Assembly (NCBI GenBank): GCA_021613535.1
Contig: CP075494.1
Location: forward strand, 1,612,001 to 1,676,000
Source: Adineta vaga
Taxonomy: Eukaryota > Animalia > Rotifera
Length of the DNA stretch: 64,000 bases
Reading direction: 5' to 3'
Shown here: in pieces, positions 39,150-51,211 of the stretch
Layout of the letters: each line of letters begins with the position of its first letter
Position numbering within the stretch: the first letter of the stretch is position 1
Notes under the pieces: model-generated
What the model saw: the letters and a program-made list of their open reading frames with translations, nothing else
Told to the model about the DNA's origin: nothing
Database searches by the model: none
Made by a program: the position numbers and the translations under genes

Positions 39150-39361
39150 TTGAGGGTGGGTGTGGGTGAGGGTGGAATGGCGTATAAGCGCGCAAAGGGT
39201 GTACTTATGCATCTCGTGGATGAAGAATGAGTTAGTTAGAATGTGAAAGTTGGTTAAGTTTTGGGAGTGAGGGAGCGAATGTGGACACTCCTTGCGCGCT
39301 TATACGCCAAACTGAGATCTATATGTAATCCCACCCTCACCCTCACCCACACCCACCCGCA
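39150..39361. repeat. Expanded telomere-like palindromic element with a nested 18-bp perfect inverted repeat
   Basis: Outer arms TGAGGGTGGGTGTGGGTGAGGGTGG / CCACCCTCACCCTCACCCACACCCACCC. Inner repeat TGGCGTATAAGCGCGCAA at 39178-39195 and 39292-39309. Confidence 0.85.
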
Positions 39362-39494
39362 GCAATACACGAACCTCAAAATTTGTGATTTCGTAATCAG
39401 AGATCTTAAAAAATCAATAAATTTTCATAATATCTACAAAACCAGATCAAAAGCACAAAAAGAATATATAGAAAAAAAAACACTATTTTAATAC

Positions 39495-41054
39495 GGCGCA
39501 CGAACTTTTTCATCAACATTTGATGTTGTTTCATCGATTAATAAAATTTTACTTCTCTTTATAATAACACGAACAATACAAATTAATTGAAATTGTCCAA
39601 CACTAAAATTATTTCCTCCTTCTTCAATTAACATCTATAGATCGGCTGAATGTCGACGAACAAATTCTTTTAATTGTACATCATTTGATGCCATCCAACT
39701 TTGTTCATCAGAATAGAATTGAAATGGATCAAGATATTATATCGAAGTGTTCCACTAAATAAAATTGGTTGTTGTGGCATAATACTAAGATGAGATCGAA
39801 GATGAACAAGTTTGATTCGACTAATATCATTTATCAATACTATCAATCGAAATAATACCAGTAATATTAGATTGATGAACAAAACGAAAAATACCTTTAA
39901 AAAGAGAAGATTTACCCGCACCAGTTCGACCAATTATTCCTATTTTTTCATTAGATTCAATCTAAAGATTAAAATTATTGAGAACTGTTTCAAGACCTGA
40001 TCGATGACAAAGTGAATAATTTTCAAAACTAATTGAACCATGAATTGGCCATTGGTAACAACGAATATTCATAAATCTGTTCGGGACTTGTCATATATAA
40101 TTCAGTTTGAAATAATAATAATATACTTAATTGAATAGATTTTGGTATAGAAATATCACACATGAATAAAAGTGCAATGAATGATGCATCTATTTGTTTA
40201 CGGAAAGTAATTAATATCATTTCAGTTGTAAAAGTATTTATAAATGATATAAGATTGAGTCTAATATCAAGCCATCGCATTGCATCATACATATTAACAT
40301 TTGCACGTGCATTTCTATCGATATTATCATTAAATTGTTGAATAAAATAATCTTTAACTTTAAAAGCACGAAGGGTAATAAAACTATTCAATGATGATGA
40401 AAGAAGATCATATATTGGACTATACGTAATACTTTCTAATCGTTTTAATTGCTTTTTCGATCGAAGATAAAAACGACACAAGAATATAATATCAGATGTT
40501 AGTGCAACAACGAATAATAAAAGATATGTTTTGATAAGACTAATAATTACAAGTGAACGAGTTGACATTAATGATGATTTTAAAGTAGAGATTAATATTG
40601 TAGGTAATGTTTCATCAATAACTTTTTGATCATTACTTACTCGATTTAATATTCTTCAACTTAGATTACTTTCAAAATTCTGAACATGTATATAATAATG
40701 ATTTTAACATTTTGTTAGGTAAATTATTTGCACCATTTAATACAATATAGTAGAAAAATACTGTGCGAAGTGTATTCTGTTATAATAATAGCTAATATTA
40801 ATCCAAGATAGATATAACCAAATGTTGAAATATCCTGGTTTTTTCTATGTTCATCTTTTAACCAAATACTAAGCCAATAGTTACTATCACCATAAAAGAT
40901 TTCACTAATTATCATCTAAATAATAATTAAACATAACCCATCAAATGATGATGCAGTAAATAAATTTAATAATACTTTCCAATTGTTATTTCCAGGTACC
41001 GCTGTTTCTTCAGAAATGGTTGGTTGAGTATCATTTTCTGATGAATTTTCATCA
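39495..41054 (-). pseudogene. ABCC/MRP4-like transporter pseudogene (TMD2-NBD2 half only)
   Basis: QLKRLES...SPIY, LRAF, IMPQQPILFSGTLRYN and EEGGNNFSVGQFQLIC...ILLIDETTSNVD motifs; many frameshifts; bounded by palindromic elements. Confidence 0.85.
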
Positions 41055-41098
41055 TGAGGATGTGGATAAATGAAAGATACTCACACCCTCACCCTCAA
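41055..41098. repeat. Telomere-like palindromic element
   Basis: TGAGGATGTGGAT...AAAGATACTCACACCCTCACCCTCAA. Confidence 0.8.
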
Positions 41099-41523
41099 AG
41101 GTAGTTCAATTCATTAATAAGATCTTCAACGGAATAATTAAATCTGCAATTAGTCGAGGAATCAGTTCAGTGTACGCTGTTGAAACTACGTATGATCGGA
41201 GGCAAGAAACTTATGCAAGCTATGGAATACGAAACGAATGATCAAGATCCAAACAAAATTATTGCTATTTTTATTATAGTGAAGATTATCATAGGGAAGA
41301 TCTGTCTGCATCGAGACAGTTTGAACCAGACTCGGAATTTAGAAACTATAAGAAATGAACTTGATATTAATGGAACCGATTGATACTATAAAAATTTTGA
41401 AATCAAGAAGAAGTATAAGTATACAAGTTTTTTTGCTTGAACTCTTTATCTTTCTGCTGAAATTTTGAGAACAAAGGTACGAGTGTGATAGAAGAATACA
41501 CAGCGACATCCTTTCCCACACGC

Positions 41524-44500
41524 TTAACGACGGCAATAATATGATGGCAATTGTTTTCGAAAGTGTTTTGAAGCCATAGAAAATACTTTTCGATAAATTT
41601 TTGAAGGTAAAACAAAAATGATGAAGCCGAAAACTGATGGGAGAAATGAAATGAAATAACCAAGAAGATGAAACCAAAGATGTCGAGATGATTTCTTACA
41701 ATCCATTGACAATATTATTCCAATATGAAATAAAGAAAGAGTAGCTAAAATCATTGGACTAATCAAAAGATGTCGATATTGTTTCAATTTAATATGAAAA
41801 TGTCGAAGAAAATGATCATCCGTATGAATTATTGCTCGTTGATAAGCAGTACTTACTATAATATATATCGATGAAAATAAATTAATCAATAAAGGACCAA
41901 GAAAATGAAAACAAATTATTATTAAATTGTATATTTGTAACCATGGTCGATAATTTATAACACACCATGTTCGATCTTCTTTCTCATCGAAAAATATTGA
42001 AAAATGAATAAATTGAGGAATCATAAGAATTACAATGACGATAGGCAAAATATGAACGATTATTTTCGCTAGTCGTCTACTGATTTTTTTATTAAAACTA
42101 ATTCCTGTAGAAACTGCCCATGTTCGTTCAATAGCTACACAACTATTATACCAATTATGTAAGTATAAAAGAATTTTCATTGGAATTTCAATTCCAAAAC
42201 AACTAGTAATAGCTAAATGATATCGATTAGAATAAATCATATGTGAAAGAAATAAAAGCCATATACGACATATTAATAAAATAACAACGAATAATGAAGT
42301 AATCGAAGAATAAAATAGATAAATACCACAACCAACTTCTTGACATCTTTTACGATTGAATGTAAATATTGATAAAATACTATTAATCGTTCCAATAATA
42401 AACATAAATATTGTTAATAGAAGACTTAATTGAACAGAGAATGGTTGATTAAAAATATTTTTATTTCGTCGAATTTCAAAACCTATGATTTCATCCAATG
42501 TAACGCCAAAACCTTTTGTATAATATTGACATCGATCACCATAAAAACAACTTGGACAAACACAAATTCGTGCATTTGAACATATTGGATGATCTTGAAT
42601 ACATCTAGCTTGATTTTCACAAGAATCTTTTGATGTACATTGTAGATTGAGATGACGATGAAAAGTTAAACAATTTGCATGACGATCATTCGTACATAAA
42701 CATACATAAGTTTCATCGATGAAACATTGAAGATGATGATGATGATGGATTTCACAGAGATGATGATAGTATTTAATACGTTGAATTCGTTTCATTTCTA
42801 ACATTGTTGAATTCATTAATATGTCAAGAGAAAAACATTCTCGTTCAAAATCTATTGATGTAGAAATTTCTTTTCGAGGTAATTGTTGAATGATGGTTAG
42901 ATAGAACTTTTCATTTGCTTCTACAATCATTAAATGAAACGGAATCGATATATGAAAAGTAACAAAACGTTGAAAAAGAGTCAACTTTTGTAAAACAATC
43001 GTAATCGTTGGATCAGATTCATTCGATAATGTGAAGAAATAAGCTAAAGCATATGATGGAATATCAATATCATTCAGCGAAACTTCAATTTTGCCTTTCA
43101 TATATTGACATCGTGTTCCAAAGTATGACGAAGAACAAATACAGTTATATGTATTTTCTAGACCATTGACATGATTAGAAACACATTGACCACCATTTTC
43201 ACAGGCATTTATTGGTACACATAATGACGTTAATAAACAGCGAGGTCCATGTTTAGTCAATGGACAAATACAGATAGGTCGATTATTAACAAAACCAATA
43301 CAGAGAGAATCAGATGAACAATTCTGACAATTGATTTTCATATTACAATCAATACCTGACCGACTCTCATGACATCGACAAAATGTTATATTTGTATTGA
43401 AATATTTCATACATTCTCCATGATAACATTTTCGTGAACAATCCGATGAAATAGAATCGAGATGTTCGATGATAAATAAATCGATGACCATTCGATTAAC
43501 TGGTAGAAAAAGAAAAGGAATTGGATAATGCCAACTACCAATATAATTTAGATTATGCTTATTAAAGACATCAATACGTAAACTGTACTTCTTTAAAATA
43601 TCTTTTGGACGCGTACTGTATAATAAATAACGATTTAATATAACACTACAACTTTGTTTAGGTATGTAGACAAATTGTTCATGAGAATTAATTGTTTGTT
43701 CTTCATCAATTAACATAATAACAATGGAATAAATCACTTCACTTTTATATGCAATTAATTGCATTGTAAGACTGACTCGTTGATTTTGATATTGACATAA
43801 ATTACCATAATAGCTTGGCGGACACATACATTGATCATTCATAGTATTCAGTTCGATTAATTCATGAAAATGTAGCCCACGATTGCAATACCATGGCCAT
43901 GAAACGTTCTTTCCAAAGAATTCTTTCTTTTCTTTAACAAAACGTTGTTCTGTTGTCCATGAAGATAAATCAGATTCAAATGAAGGATAATTTGAAGAAG
44001 TGTAAATTGAAAAATATTTAGTTCTATGCATTTGTATTTCATCAATTCGACAAAGAACTTGAGCAACAGTCCAATTACTAATTGAACTTGCATCGCAGGA
44101 TAATTTTCGATTGTTGCAAAAGTTTTCATCCTCACCATCAGGACAGTCAAGATGATTATCACATAGCTGAGTCCATAACAAACATTTACCTATATTTCGA
44201 CAGCGAAACCATTTAGAACTGTTACCTCCCAAATGTTTGCTTCGACAGAGTTGTAGCTCATCGGATGCACCAAGACAATCATCTTGTTTGTTGTCCACTT
44301 GTTCGAGAGGTAAACAGATTACTGTAAAATTCAATGGAGATATGCATTCCTGAGTTTCTAAATCACATAGAGTTTGTTGTGCACAATTCTGTTCATCTTG
44401 TCCATCTTTACAGTCTCGAAGACCATCACATTGAGTATACATATTTTTGCATGGCCATTGAGAAGAACATGTGAAGTCATATAAATCAGTCTGATAATTT

Positions 44501-46197
44501 GGTTCTTCATCCGACCACATTTTTTGACATAGATCATGAAACGAATGTCTTTCTTCATATTGATCGATGGCTGATGGACAATAACTAGCACTTAAGAAAG
44601 GTGCTAGACATATGTCATCACCAGCACATCTAATTCTATGCTTATCGTTCAGTGTGCAACTTTCATTATAGTTTTCATCATCCATTAAATAACAATCATA
44701 TATGTTGTCCATAATACGATGTTTAGAAATACGTTTTAATGAATTTTCGCACGAATACAAAGATGAATGTTCTTGATATATCATCTCATTGTCATAAATA
44801 TTATCATGTGTTAAAATACAACCACGAAATAAGAAACGTATCAGAAAGTTCATATTAAACCACGGATCCTCACCTGTGTTCGAATAGACATCATGCAGTT
44901 TAGTACCATTTATACAAGATAGATTTTCATATAAATTCATAGGTGTGATAACATCACATAATTGCTCATCATAGCAAATATATTGTGGCCAGAAAAAGTC
45001 ACTAGAATTTTGAAGCCATTGATATCGAGAATACAAGAAACGAATGTGATTATGGTAGATCGGTATAATTGGAAATTGAAATAAAGGATCGCAGTCTTTC
45101 AGAAATTGAAAGATTACACCATTCATTAGTAATGATTCACATGAAATATTATTGATTGTTTCAAGAAGTGACGTGAGACAAACCATAGCAATCCAACAGT
45201 TATCGGATAAATTACCTTTAATGGCCATTGTTTCTCTTAATAATGCATGACGTCCATTGTGACATTTGTGAAACTTCTCGACACATTGCCCATCACCACA
45301 TACAAATCGATTCGCATCAGATCGACATGAATGTTCTTCACAACGGAATGTTGGATCTTGAAAACAAGAATCGATAACATTGGCATCGAAAAATTCATCC
45401 GATCGATCAAGACAATCGGTCATGTCTATATGATTTTTCTGAAAAGTATGAGGAATACATTGACCATTGTAACATCGAAATTCATCTTCATCACATTCAT
45501 TTATCTCCATCTCGAAACATAGAGCTTCATCAACACCTCTATTAAGACAATCGACATGACCATCACATATTTCACGCCAATCGAGACATAATTTTCTTCC
45601 GCCAAGATCACACGGCAGATGAATGTAGCATGGCAGTTCTGTCGCTATGTTCGTAGATTCTTCATATGTTGTTCTACTACGAAACTGAGTTTCTACGATT
45701 TGTTCAATTGACATAATCGTATTTTGCTCGAATGCATATTGACATCGATTACCAAACCAGCCATTTGAACAGTTGTAAAACTGCTCATTGAATGACCAAT
45801 CCAATTTGTCTAGGTAAAACTGATATCGCTCAGCGAGATCAATCGATACCGACCATAAAAGTAATTGATGACTAGTGATGTTAGTTCGACGTAAATCATC
45901 GAAAGTCAACATTTGACTATGTGGATTAAGAAAATTTGTCTGTATTTTCGGATTTGTTTCATTTGTCAGACGAAAGCAATAAGGAATAAGTTCATCAGTT
46001 ACATAGACTAAATCTTGATAAGCTAGTTTTTCAACGCGTACGTAATACTTTAAACAATTGAACTGTAAACTATCGTCAGTTGTTATTGGTTGAGTATCGT
46101 ACAGATTTAACTGACCAATAATTATCGTCCATTGACAGAAAAATACCAGTAAAATTTCTAAAGCTACTTCTTCTTTTGCAAAAGAGATTATCTTCAT
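41524..46197 (-). CDS. Intronless LDL-receptor-class-A/EGF-repeat 7TM (rhodopsin-like GPCR) protein, ~1557 aa
   Basis: Hydrophobic N-terminus, LDLa repeats (CDGHVDC..GVDE, CDGLRDCKDGQDE), EGF repeats and a 7TM region with VAIERT. Confidence 0.9.
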   Translation of the reverse strand: MKIISFAKEEVALEILLVFFCQWTIIIGQLNLYDTQPITTDDSLQFNCLKYYVRVEKLAYQDLVYVTDELIPYCFRLTNETNPKIQTNFLNPHSQMLTFDDLRRTNITSHQLLLWSVSIDLAERYQFYLDKLDWSFNEQFYNCSNGWFGNRCQYAFEQNTIMSIEQIVETQFRSRTTYEESTNIATELPCYIHLPCDLGGRKLCLDWREICDGHVDCLNRGVDEALCFEMEINECDEDEFRCYNGQCIPHTFQKNHIDMTDCLDRSDEFFDANVIDSCFQDPTFRCEEHSCRSDANRFVCGDGQCVEKFHKCHNGRHALLRETMAIKGNLSDNCWIAMVCLTSLLETINNISCESLLMNGVIFQFLKDCDPLFQFPIIPIYHNHIRFLYSRYQWLQNSSDFFWPQYICYDEQLCDVITPMNLYENLSCINGTKLHDVYSNTGEDPWFNMNFLIRFLFRGCILTHDNIYDNEMIYQEHSSLYSCENSLKRISKHRIMDNIYDCYLMDDENYNESCTLNDKHRIRCAGDDICLAPFLSASYCPSAIDQYEERHSFHDLCQKMWSDEEPNYQTDLYDFTCSSQWPCKNMYTQCDGLRDCKDGQDEQNCAQQTLCDLETQECISPLNFTVICLPLEQVDNKQDDCLGASDELQLCRSKHLGGNSSKWFRCRNIGKCLLWTQLCDNHLDCPDGEDENFCNNRKLSCDASSISNWTVAQVLCRIDEIQMHRTKYFSIYTSSNYPSFESDLSSWTTEQRFVKEKKEFFGKNVSWPWYCNRGLHFHELIELNTMNDQCMCPPSYYGNLCQYQNQRVSLTMQLIAYKSEVIYSIVIMLIDEEQTINSHEQFVYIPKQSCSVILNRYLLYSTRPKDILKKYSLRIDVFNKHNLNYIGSWHYPIPFLFLPVNRMVIDLFIIEHLDSISSDCSRKCYHGECMKYFNTNITFCRCHESRSGIDCNMKINCQNCSSDSLCIGFVNNRPICICPLTKHGPRCLLTSLCVPINACENGGQCVSNHVNGLENTYNCICSSSYFGTRCQYMKGKIEVSLNDIDIPSYALAYFFTLSNESDPTITIVLQKLTLFQRFVTFHISIPFHLMIVEANEKFYLTIIQQLPRKEISTSIDFERECFSLDILMNSTMLEMKRIQRIKYYHHLCEIHHHHHLQCFIDETYVCLCTNDRHANCLTFHRHLNLQCTSKDSCENQARCIQDHPICSNARICVCPSCFYGDRCQYYTKGFGVTLDEIIGFEIRRNKNIFNQPFSVQLSLLLTIFMFIIGTINSILSIFTFNRKRCQEVGCGIYLFYSSITSLFVVILLICRIWLLFLSHMIYSNRYHLAITSCFGIEIPMKILLYLHNWYNSCVAIERTWAVSTGISFNKKISRRLAKIIVHILPIVIVILMIPQFIHFSIFFDEKEDRTWCVINYRPWLQIYNLIIICFHFLGPLLINLFSSIYIIVSTAYQRAIIHTDDHFLRHFHIKLKQYRHLLISPMILATLSLFHIGIILSMDCKKSSRHLWFHLLGYFISFLPSVFGFIIFVLPSKIYRKVFSMASKHFRKQLPSYYCRR

Positions 46198-47842
46198 CTT
46201 CAAGATTCATTCATCGTGGTAAATCAGCATGTTCTTAATAACAAAGAGAAAAATGAATGAGGATGACAACCACTTTTTTCCGTTTAACAAAACATGTCAA
46301 AGACGAGGACTATAGTTGTCTTTTAGGCAGATAGCTTGCGTTCTACCATAAATGACAACGTTCAACAACGCAACAGAGAAAAACTACTATGTCAGGTATA
46401 GCTTGATGCCCTAGGCAAAAGATAAATATGATATAAGATTACACGTCAAATATCATTTTCTATCATCAGAATATATTATAACATCGTGATTTTGTTTCTG
46501 TTAAAGTATTATATTCCAACAGTTTTTTTGCACACAAAAAAAAATATTATCAAAAGAAACACTAGTTAACTTTCGATTGATCGGAACAGACAAAACTGAT
46601 GACATATGAAAATATTTTATAGATAAAATTATTCGTGTTTATTTAAATTTCTTGATTAAAAATAAATTATTTTGCCTTCTATAGCGGGTTACTTCTTGAT
46701 ACACACACATTCTTTATATTGAAAACGTTTACTACAATGACCACCTGCATATCCAATACTTCTACAGTAACCTTGACAGAAAAAATGATGATAATTATGC
46801 GGTCCATTACAACCATGATCTCGAAGATTTTCCATGACAATTTCGTTTTCTTCTAACTCTAGAAAATGACAATCATTAACTTGAGTATCTACGGATATCT
46901 AATGATATTTATATATACGTACGTATATCAAAGGCGGCTGCCAGTTTGGTTCCAACCACAATGCCAACCAAGACAATAAACAGAAAGTAAAAAAGAGCAC
47001 CGTTTTTGTAATTCATTTTGAATGTTTCTAAACTCAAACAATGACATTTGATAGAAAATTAGTTATCACTCTTACTTTAGTAAATACTATTTGATTTGTA
47101 AGCAGATCATATATATCTTAATTTCGTTGTGAGAATTATCCGATTATTGCGCCAGATGTAATTTCCGTAAAGGAACTTGGAAATTACCAAGACAATGTAA
47201 AAATTTTTTCAATAGAAGCATCCGTTATCTAAGAACAATGATTCGTGTCCACGCGGAAGTAGAAGAACTAAATTTTGTGGGAATAAAATATGAATCACAT
47301 AATGACGAAATGTTTTGAGATAAGATTTTTTAATTTTCTTATTTATACTGTGTATAACGTTGTTCGCATATTTGACAAGCAAGATAAAATCTGTAATGTG
47401 CTCAAAACTGAAAGTTGTTGATAAAACTAACTCTTATCGAATAATTAGAATCTGTACTTTCGATTCAAATTGTTGTCCAAGGAATAAGTATTTTATAGAT
47501 GATAATTTTTAGATGAAAGTTTCGTTCATTTGATTTAGTTAGCAAATGCCATATACAAATTAAGTGAAAGCATAACATATGATTCTCATGACTTCAGCTG
47601 AACTTTTTATAGATTCTATGGTGAGCATAAAAATATCACAATAGCTCTCTTGAAATGTGATTTCAGAGTACCAAAGTATCCGAAAGGAAGAACAAAATGA
47701 GATGAGTCATTATTTTTTGCAGATAATAAAATCGTTTTTGTCACTTCGCATGAGGAACGATCCACCTGTTAGCTATTTGACGTCATATCAACATTGAATA
47801 TTTGCTTTGACTCTTTTCAGTTTCGTAATAGACGCCTCTTCA

Positions 47843-47859
47843 TGAGGGTGTGGGTGTGG
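47843..47859 (+). repeat. Solo G-rich arm of the telomere-like element
   Basis: TGAGGGTGTGGGTGTGG. Confidence 0.65.
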
Positions 47860-48234
47860 ATTGTTGCAGGCAAGGGAGAAAAAACCAAATCCTACAAAGA
47901 TAAAAGTGGGTCCTTCCGACACTTAGAATCCCAAAGAATCTGCTCTTTTTCTCTTGACCATGCGCATCTTGAAGGTGTGTCTTTGAGTGAGCTTAATAGC
48001 TATGCTATTTAATCCATACCCTGAACATGGTTTATTTATTCCGACGCTGTAAGTCAACTCGTTTTGCTATTGATTCACCCTCGACCTGTATGACACAATA
48101 CAGTGGAAAAGGGTATTATAGTGTTATGCTGAAAGTGACACGTGGTCTTTCTTTATGTGGTACAAAAGAATAAAAATGAAGGATAGCCAGTAATGTTCAT
48201 CATCAAGACGGTTTATATAGTTTGGCAACAGAGC

Positions 48235-48325
48235 TGGGTGTGGGTGGGGTGAGCCAAGAAGAGATCCACACCCACACCCACCCACACTCACACACACACA
48301 CGCACACACACACACACACCCTCAA
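48235..48325. repeat. Telomere-like palindromic element whose right arm has expanded into (CA)n
   Basis: TGGGTGTGGGTGGGGTGAGCCAAGAAGAGATCCACACCCACACCC...(CA)n...CACCCTCAA. Confidence 0.85.
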
Positions 48326-48782
48326 TTGTATTTAAACGACGATTTTCACACAGATGAAATTTTAATGATGGTAAAAAATGTTCAATTGATGCTTTTAATG
48401 AATCATGATCGTTACAAATACCAATAACATAAGGTGAATTTAAATATGTTTTATATTTTTTATCATCATGACAAAAAATAATCAATGATGAAAGTTTATC
48501 GTTAGGAAAATCTTCTAAAAGTATTTCAACATACGAACCTGCTGTAATTAATAAAGTTTTTGTTTCGAAGAAATAATTATTTTCTAAATGATCACGAAAT
48601 TTATTAAGATTATTATAAAATAAACAATTGTTATTAATTTGTTTTAATATTAGCTTTGTTCGTAATATATCTTCATGATCTTCTTTACAATTTTGATCTA
48701 ACCATATTAATGTAAATAAATCCGATTTATCTTCTTCATCAACATAATGAACTGGACGACGTAGATGAGAAAGTATCGACAT
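48326..48782 (-). pseudogene. 5' fragment (N-terminal xLIWLD domain) of a bdelloid ADP-ribosyltransferase/TPR-type gene, truncated at the palindrome
   Basis: FTLIWLD...LKQIN...LITAGS...IIFC...VIGIC matches the recalled N-terminal domain of that family. The frame runs into TTGAGGGTGTG. Confidence 0.6.
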
Positions 48783-48917
48783 TTATTTCAAATAGTTATT
48801 CACGAGTGATTCAAATGCAAGGAAGTATTTGATTTTTTGTTACACTTGAATAAACAACGTGGAGAAAAACATAATTTTATATGATAATATTTTATTTTCG
48901 ATATTAATATATTTTCG

Positions 48918-50102
48918 ATGTGGGGTTTTGCTGGTATAACAAATTCATATTATTCAATCGATGATATTCCTGATAATAATCATATTATTATCATTAATAA
49001 TAAACCAAAGAGAAATTTATTTAACCGGCTTATACTGATACTTACTATTGGTATAATATGTATTTTTATTTTAATGATCATATTAACAGAAATAATGATA
49101 ACATTCAAACATAAATCAATCAATCTCTATTATCAAAATTCATCATTGGATCATAATAAAATTATTTTGAATATATCAAAACCTTTAAAACAAAATAATT
49201 CATTGAATTGTCTACTACCAATTAATCCAAATTATACTAAAAATGGTGACATTGTTGCAGGAGGTTTTTCTTCATCAATTGATGAATCAGATAAATTACA
49301 AGGACCAACATCAGTTTATCTTGATCATGAGAGAAATATTTATGTTGCTGATACAACTAATCATCGAATTCGAAAATATTCTCCTGGAGATTCAGATGAA
49401 GGTGAAACACTTATTGATAAAACATCGAATATCAATTCTCCATGTTGTTTATATATTGATCAAGAATCGAATTATTTATATTTTCTTGATCAAGATAATC
49501 AAAGAAATTATCGTGTACAATTTATTCAATTGAATTCAAATTCATTGAAATCACTAATTCTTCTTGTTGGATATCAAACAATATCATATGGAATGAAATT
49601 AGATCAAAATTTCAATATTTATGTATCAGAATTCAATCATCATCGAATAGTAAAATGATTAGCACCGAATTATGATCAATATTTAATCATAGTTGAAAAT
49701 AGAAAAAATCAATTAATTTATCCAAGAAGTATTTTTATTGATGAAATAACAAATAATTTATATGTTGCGAATGAAAATCGAATTCAACGTTGGTCAATGA
49801 ATTCAAATGAAAGCCAAATTCTTATGCAAGGTGGATCATCGTGTCCAAATGGAATTGAATTTGATTGTCATGGAAATCTTTATATATCTCAAGGTACAAC
49901 AATTAAATTAATTAATAATAAAACAAGTTTAAGAGGAATTGATATTATCGGCGTTCAATATGATTTTCGTTTGCAAGCCAATTCTAGGCAAACTGATTAT
50001 TTATATAATGCAGAAGGAATTTATCTTGATAAAACAAATGGAGATTTTTATTTAGTTGATTCAGGTTTTAATCGGATACAAAAATTTACTATTACAAATT
50101 AA
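48918..50102 (+). pseudogene. Type II membrane NHL-repeat protein with one in-frame TGA at a Trp position (49656-49658)
   Basis: TM segment and NHL repeats (IYVADTTNHRIRKY, FYLVDSGFNRIQKF). HRIVK*LAP continues in frame into ORF 49797-50102. Confidence 0.8.
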
Positions 50103-50269
50103 AATTTTTGTTTTGTTTTTTTCGATTGTGTTCGTTCTACCATTAAAGTCATACAATATCTAGTTCATTTTGAATACTATACAATTCAGTATAGAGAAAT
50201 AGAATTATTGACTGACAATAAAGTTTGTGATTCTCAATTATGTCAAACAAAAAAGATTTATTTATAGAA

Positions 50270-50415
50270 GATATCATTCATTTTCACATTTAGTTGATTA
50301 TTTTCCAGAATTTGATGGCAAAATATATGAATTTATTCTTAAAATGTGCTTTGACCTCAATCCAGATACAAATAAAATTATCTATTCGCATTTCGTTTGT
50401 GCAACAAGTACGTAG
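50270..50415 (+). pseudogene. G-alpha-q C-terminal fragment
   Basis: [12 protein letters not shown]...[26 protein letters not shown] closely matches the G-alpha-q sequence [12 protein letters not shown]...[26 protein letters not shown]. Confidence 0.8.
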
Positions 50416-50514
50416 AATAAAACTTCAAAGAATATGCTATCATCCTATAAAAATATATTTAAATCGTTTGAACTTTTAAAAAGATATTCAGTTTTTGTTT
50501 CACCCCAGACTTTT

Positions 50515-50874
50515 GGAACACCCTGTACACAAGATTTAGATATAACTATTCTTTCTTTGAGAGAATCAGGTGAATTTGATAATTTAAAAGTAAAATGGTT
50601 TCAAGTAAAACTTTGTCGTGATGATATTCAAACAACGACAGCAAAGGAAATTCAATCAATGAGTGGATTATTTCTTATCTTTGCAATTCTTACTGGTTTA
50701 GCATTAGTAGTATTTATGTGCAAGAAACGAAGACTTTTCAAACGTTATCTTTTCACCTTAGGACGTCGAAAGAATTTCTTTTTTAAAACGAAGAATTATG
50801 CAATGAACGGATCGAATCAAACACCAAACGTTTCAATTTCCTCACCTGCCCGAGTACAAGTCTCGGTAACATGA
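50515..50874 (+). pseudogene. Ionotropic glutamate receptor C-terminal fragment (end of S2, M4, tail)
   Basis: DLDITILSLRESGEFDNLKVKWF...C...IQSMSGLFLIF. Confidence 0.75.
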
Positions 50875-50986
50875 GAAAATTACGCGCTAAAAGTCAATAA
50901 AAGAATTGCGAAAACTGCGGGAGAGCATAACAAAAAGGAATATCTGAATTATATTATCGTTTACTGTTGAGTTTCATTCTTCACAG

Positions 50987-51211
50987 TCAAGTACATTGAT
51001 AGAATTGAAGTAATGCTTTTAATATATTCACTGGTTTCATAGAGTTGTTGAAATTGTTGTTCAGATATTTATTGTGCTTGATCATAGTATCGATGAATTT
51101 AGTTTGACTAACAATTCCATCGTGATCAGAATCACATAATTCGAAAATACAATGCATAGTTTGCCTTCGCTCCATTTTACCTAGCATTCTAAGAGCCAAA
51201 ATATTTCGCAT
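50987..51211 (-). pseudogene. EF-hand protein fragment (calcineurin-B/NCS-like)
   Basis: IFELCDSDHDGIVSQTKF EF-hand loop. Confidence 0.5.

Noticed and set aside
43857-45522. Short alternative-frame and antisense ORFs inside the GPCR gene, and similar ones elsewhere (e.g. 21536-21847, 49243-49533)
   Set aside because: Shadow ORFs of real coding sequence with no recognisable motifs.
49656-49658. TGA=Trp recoding or selenocysteine
   Set aside because: TGA ends other ORFs normally (e.g. the transposase at 21850) and TGG is used for Trp. A TGG>TGA mutation is simpler.
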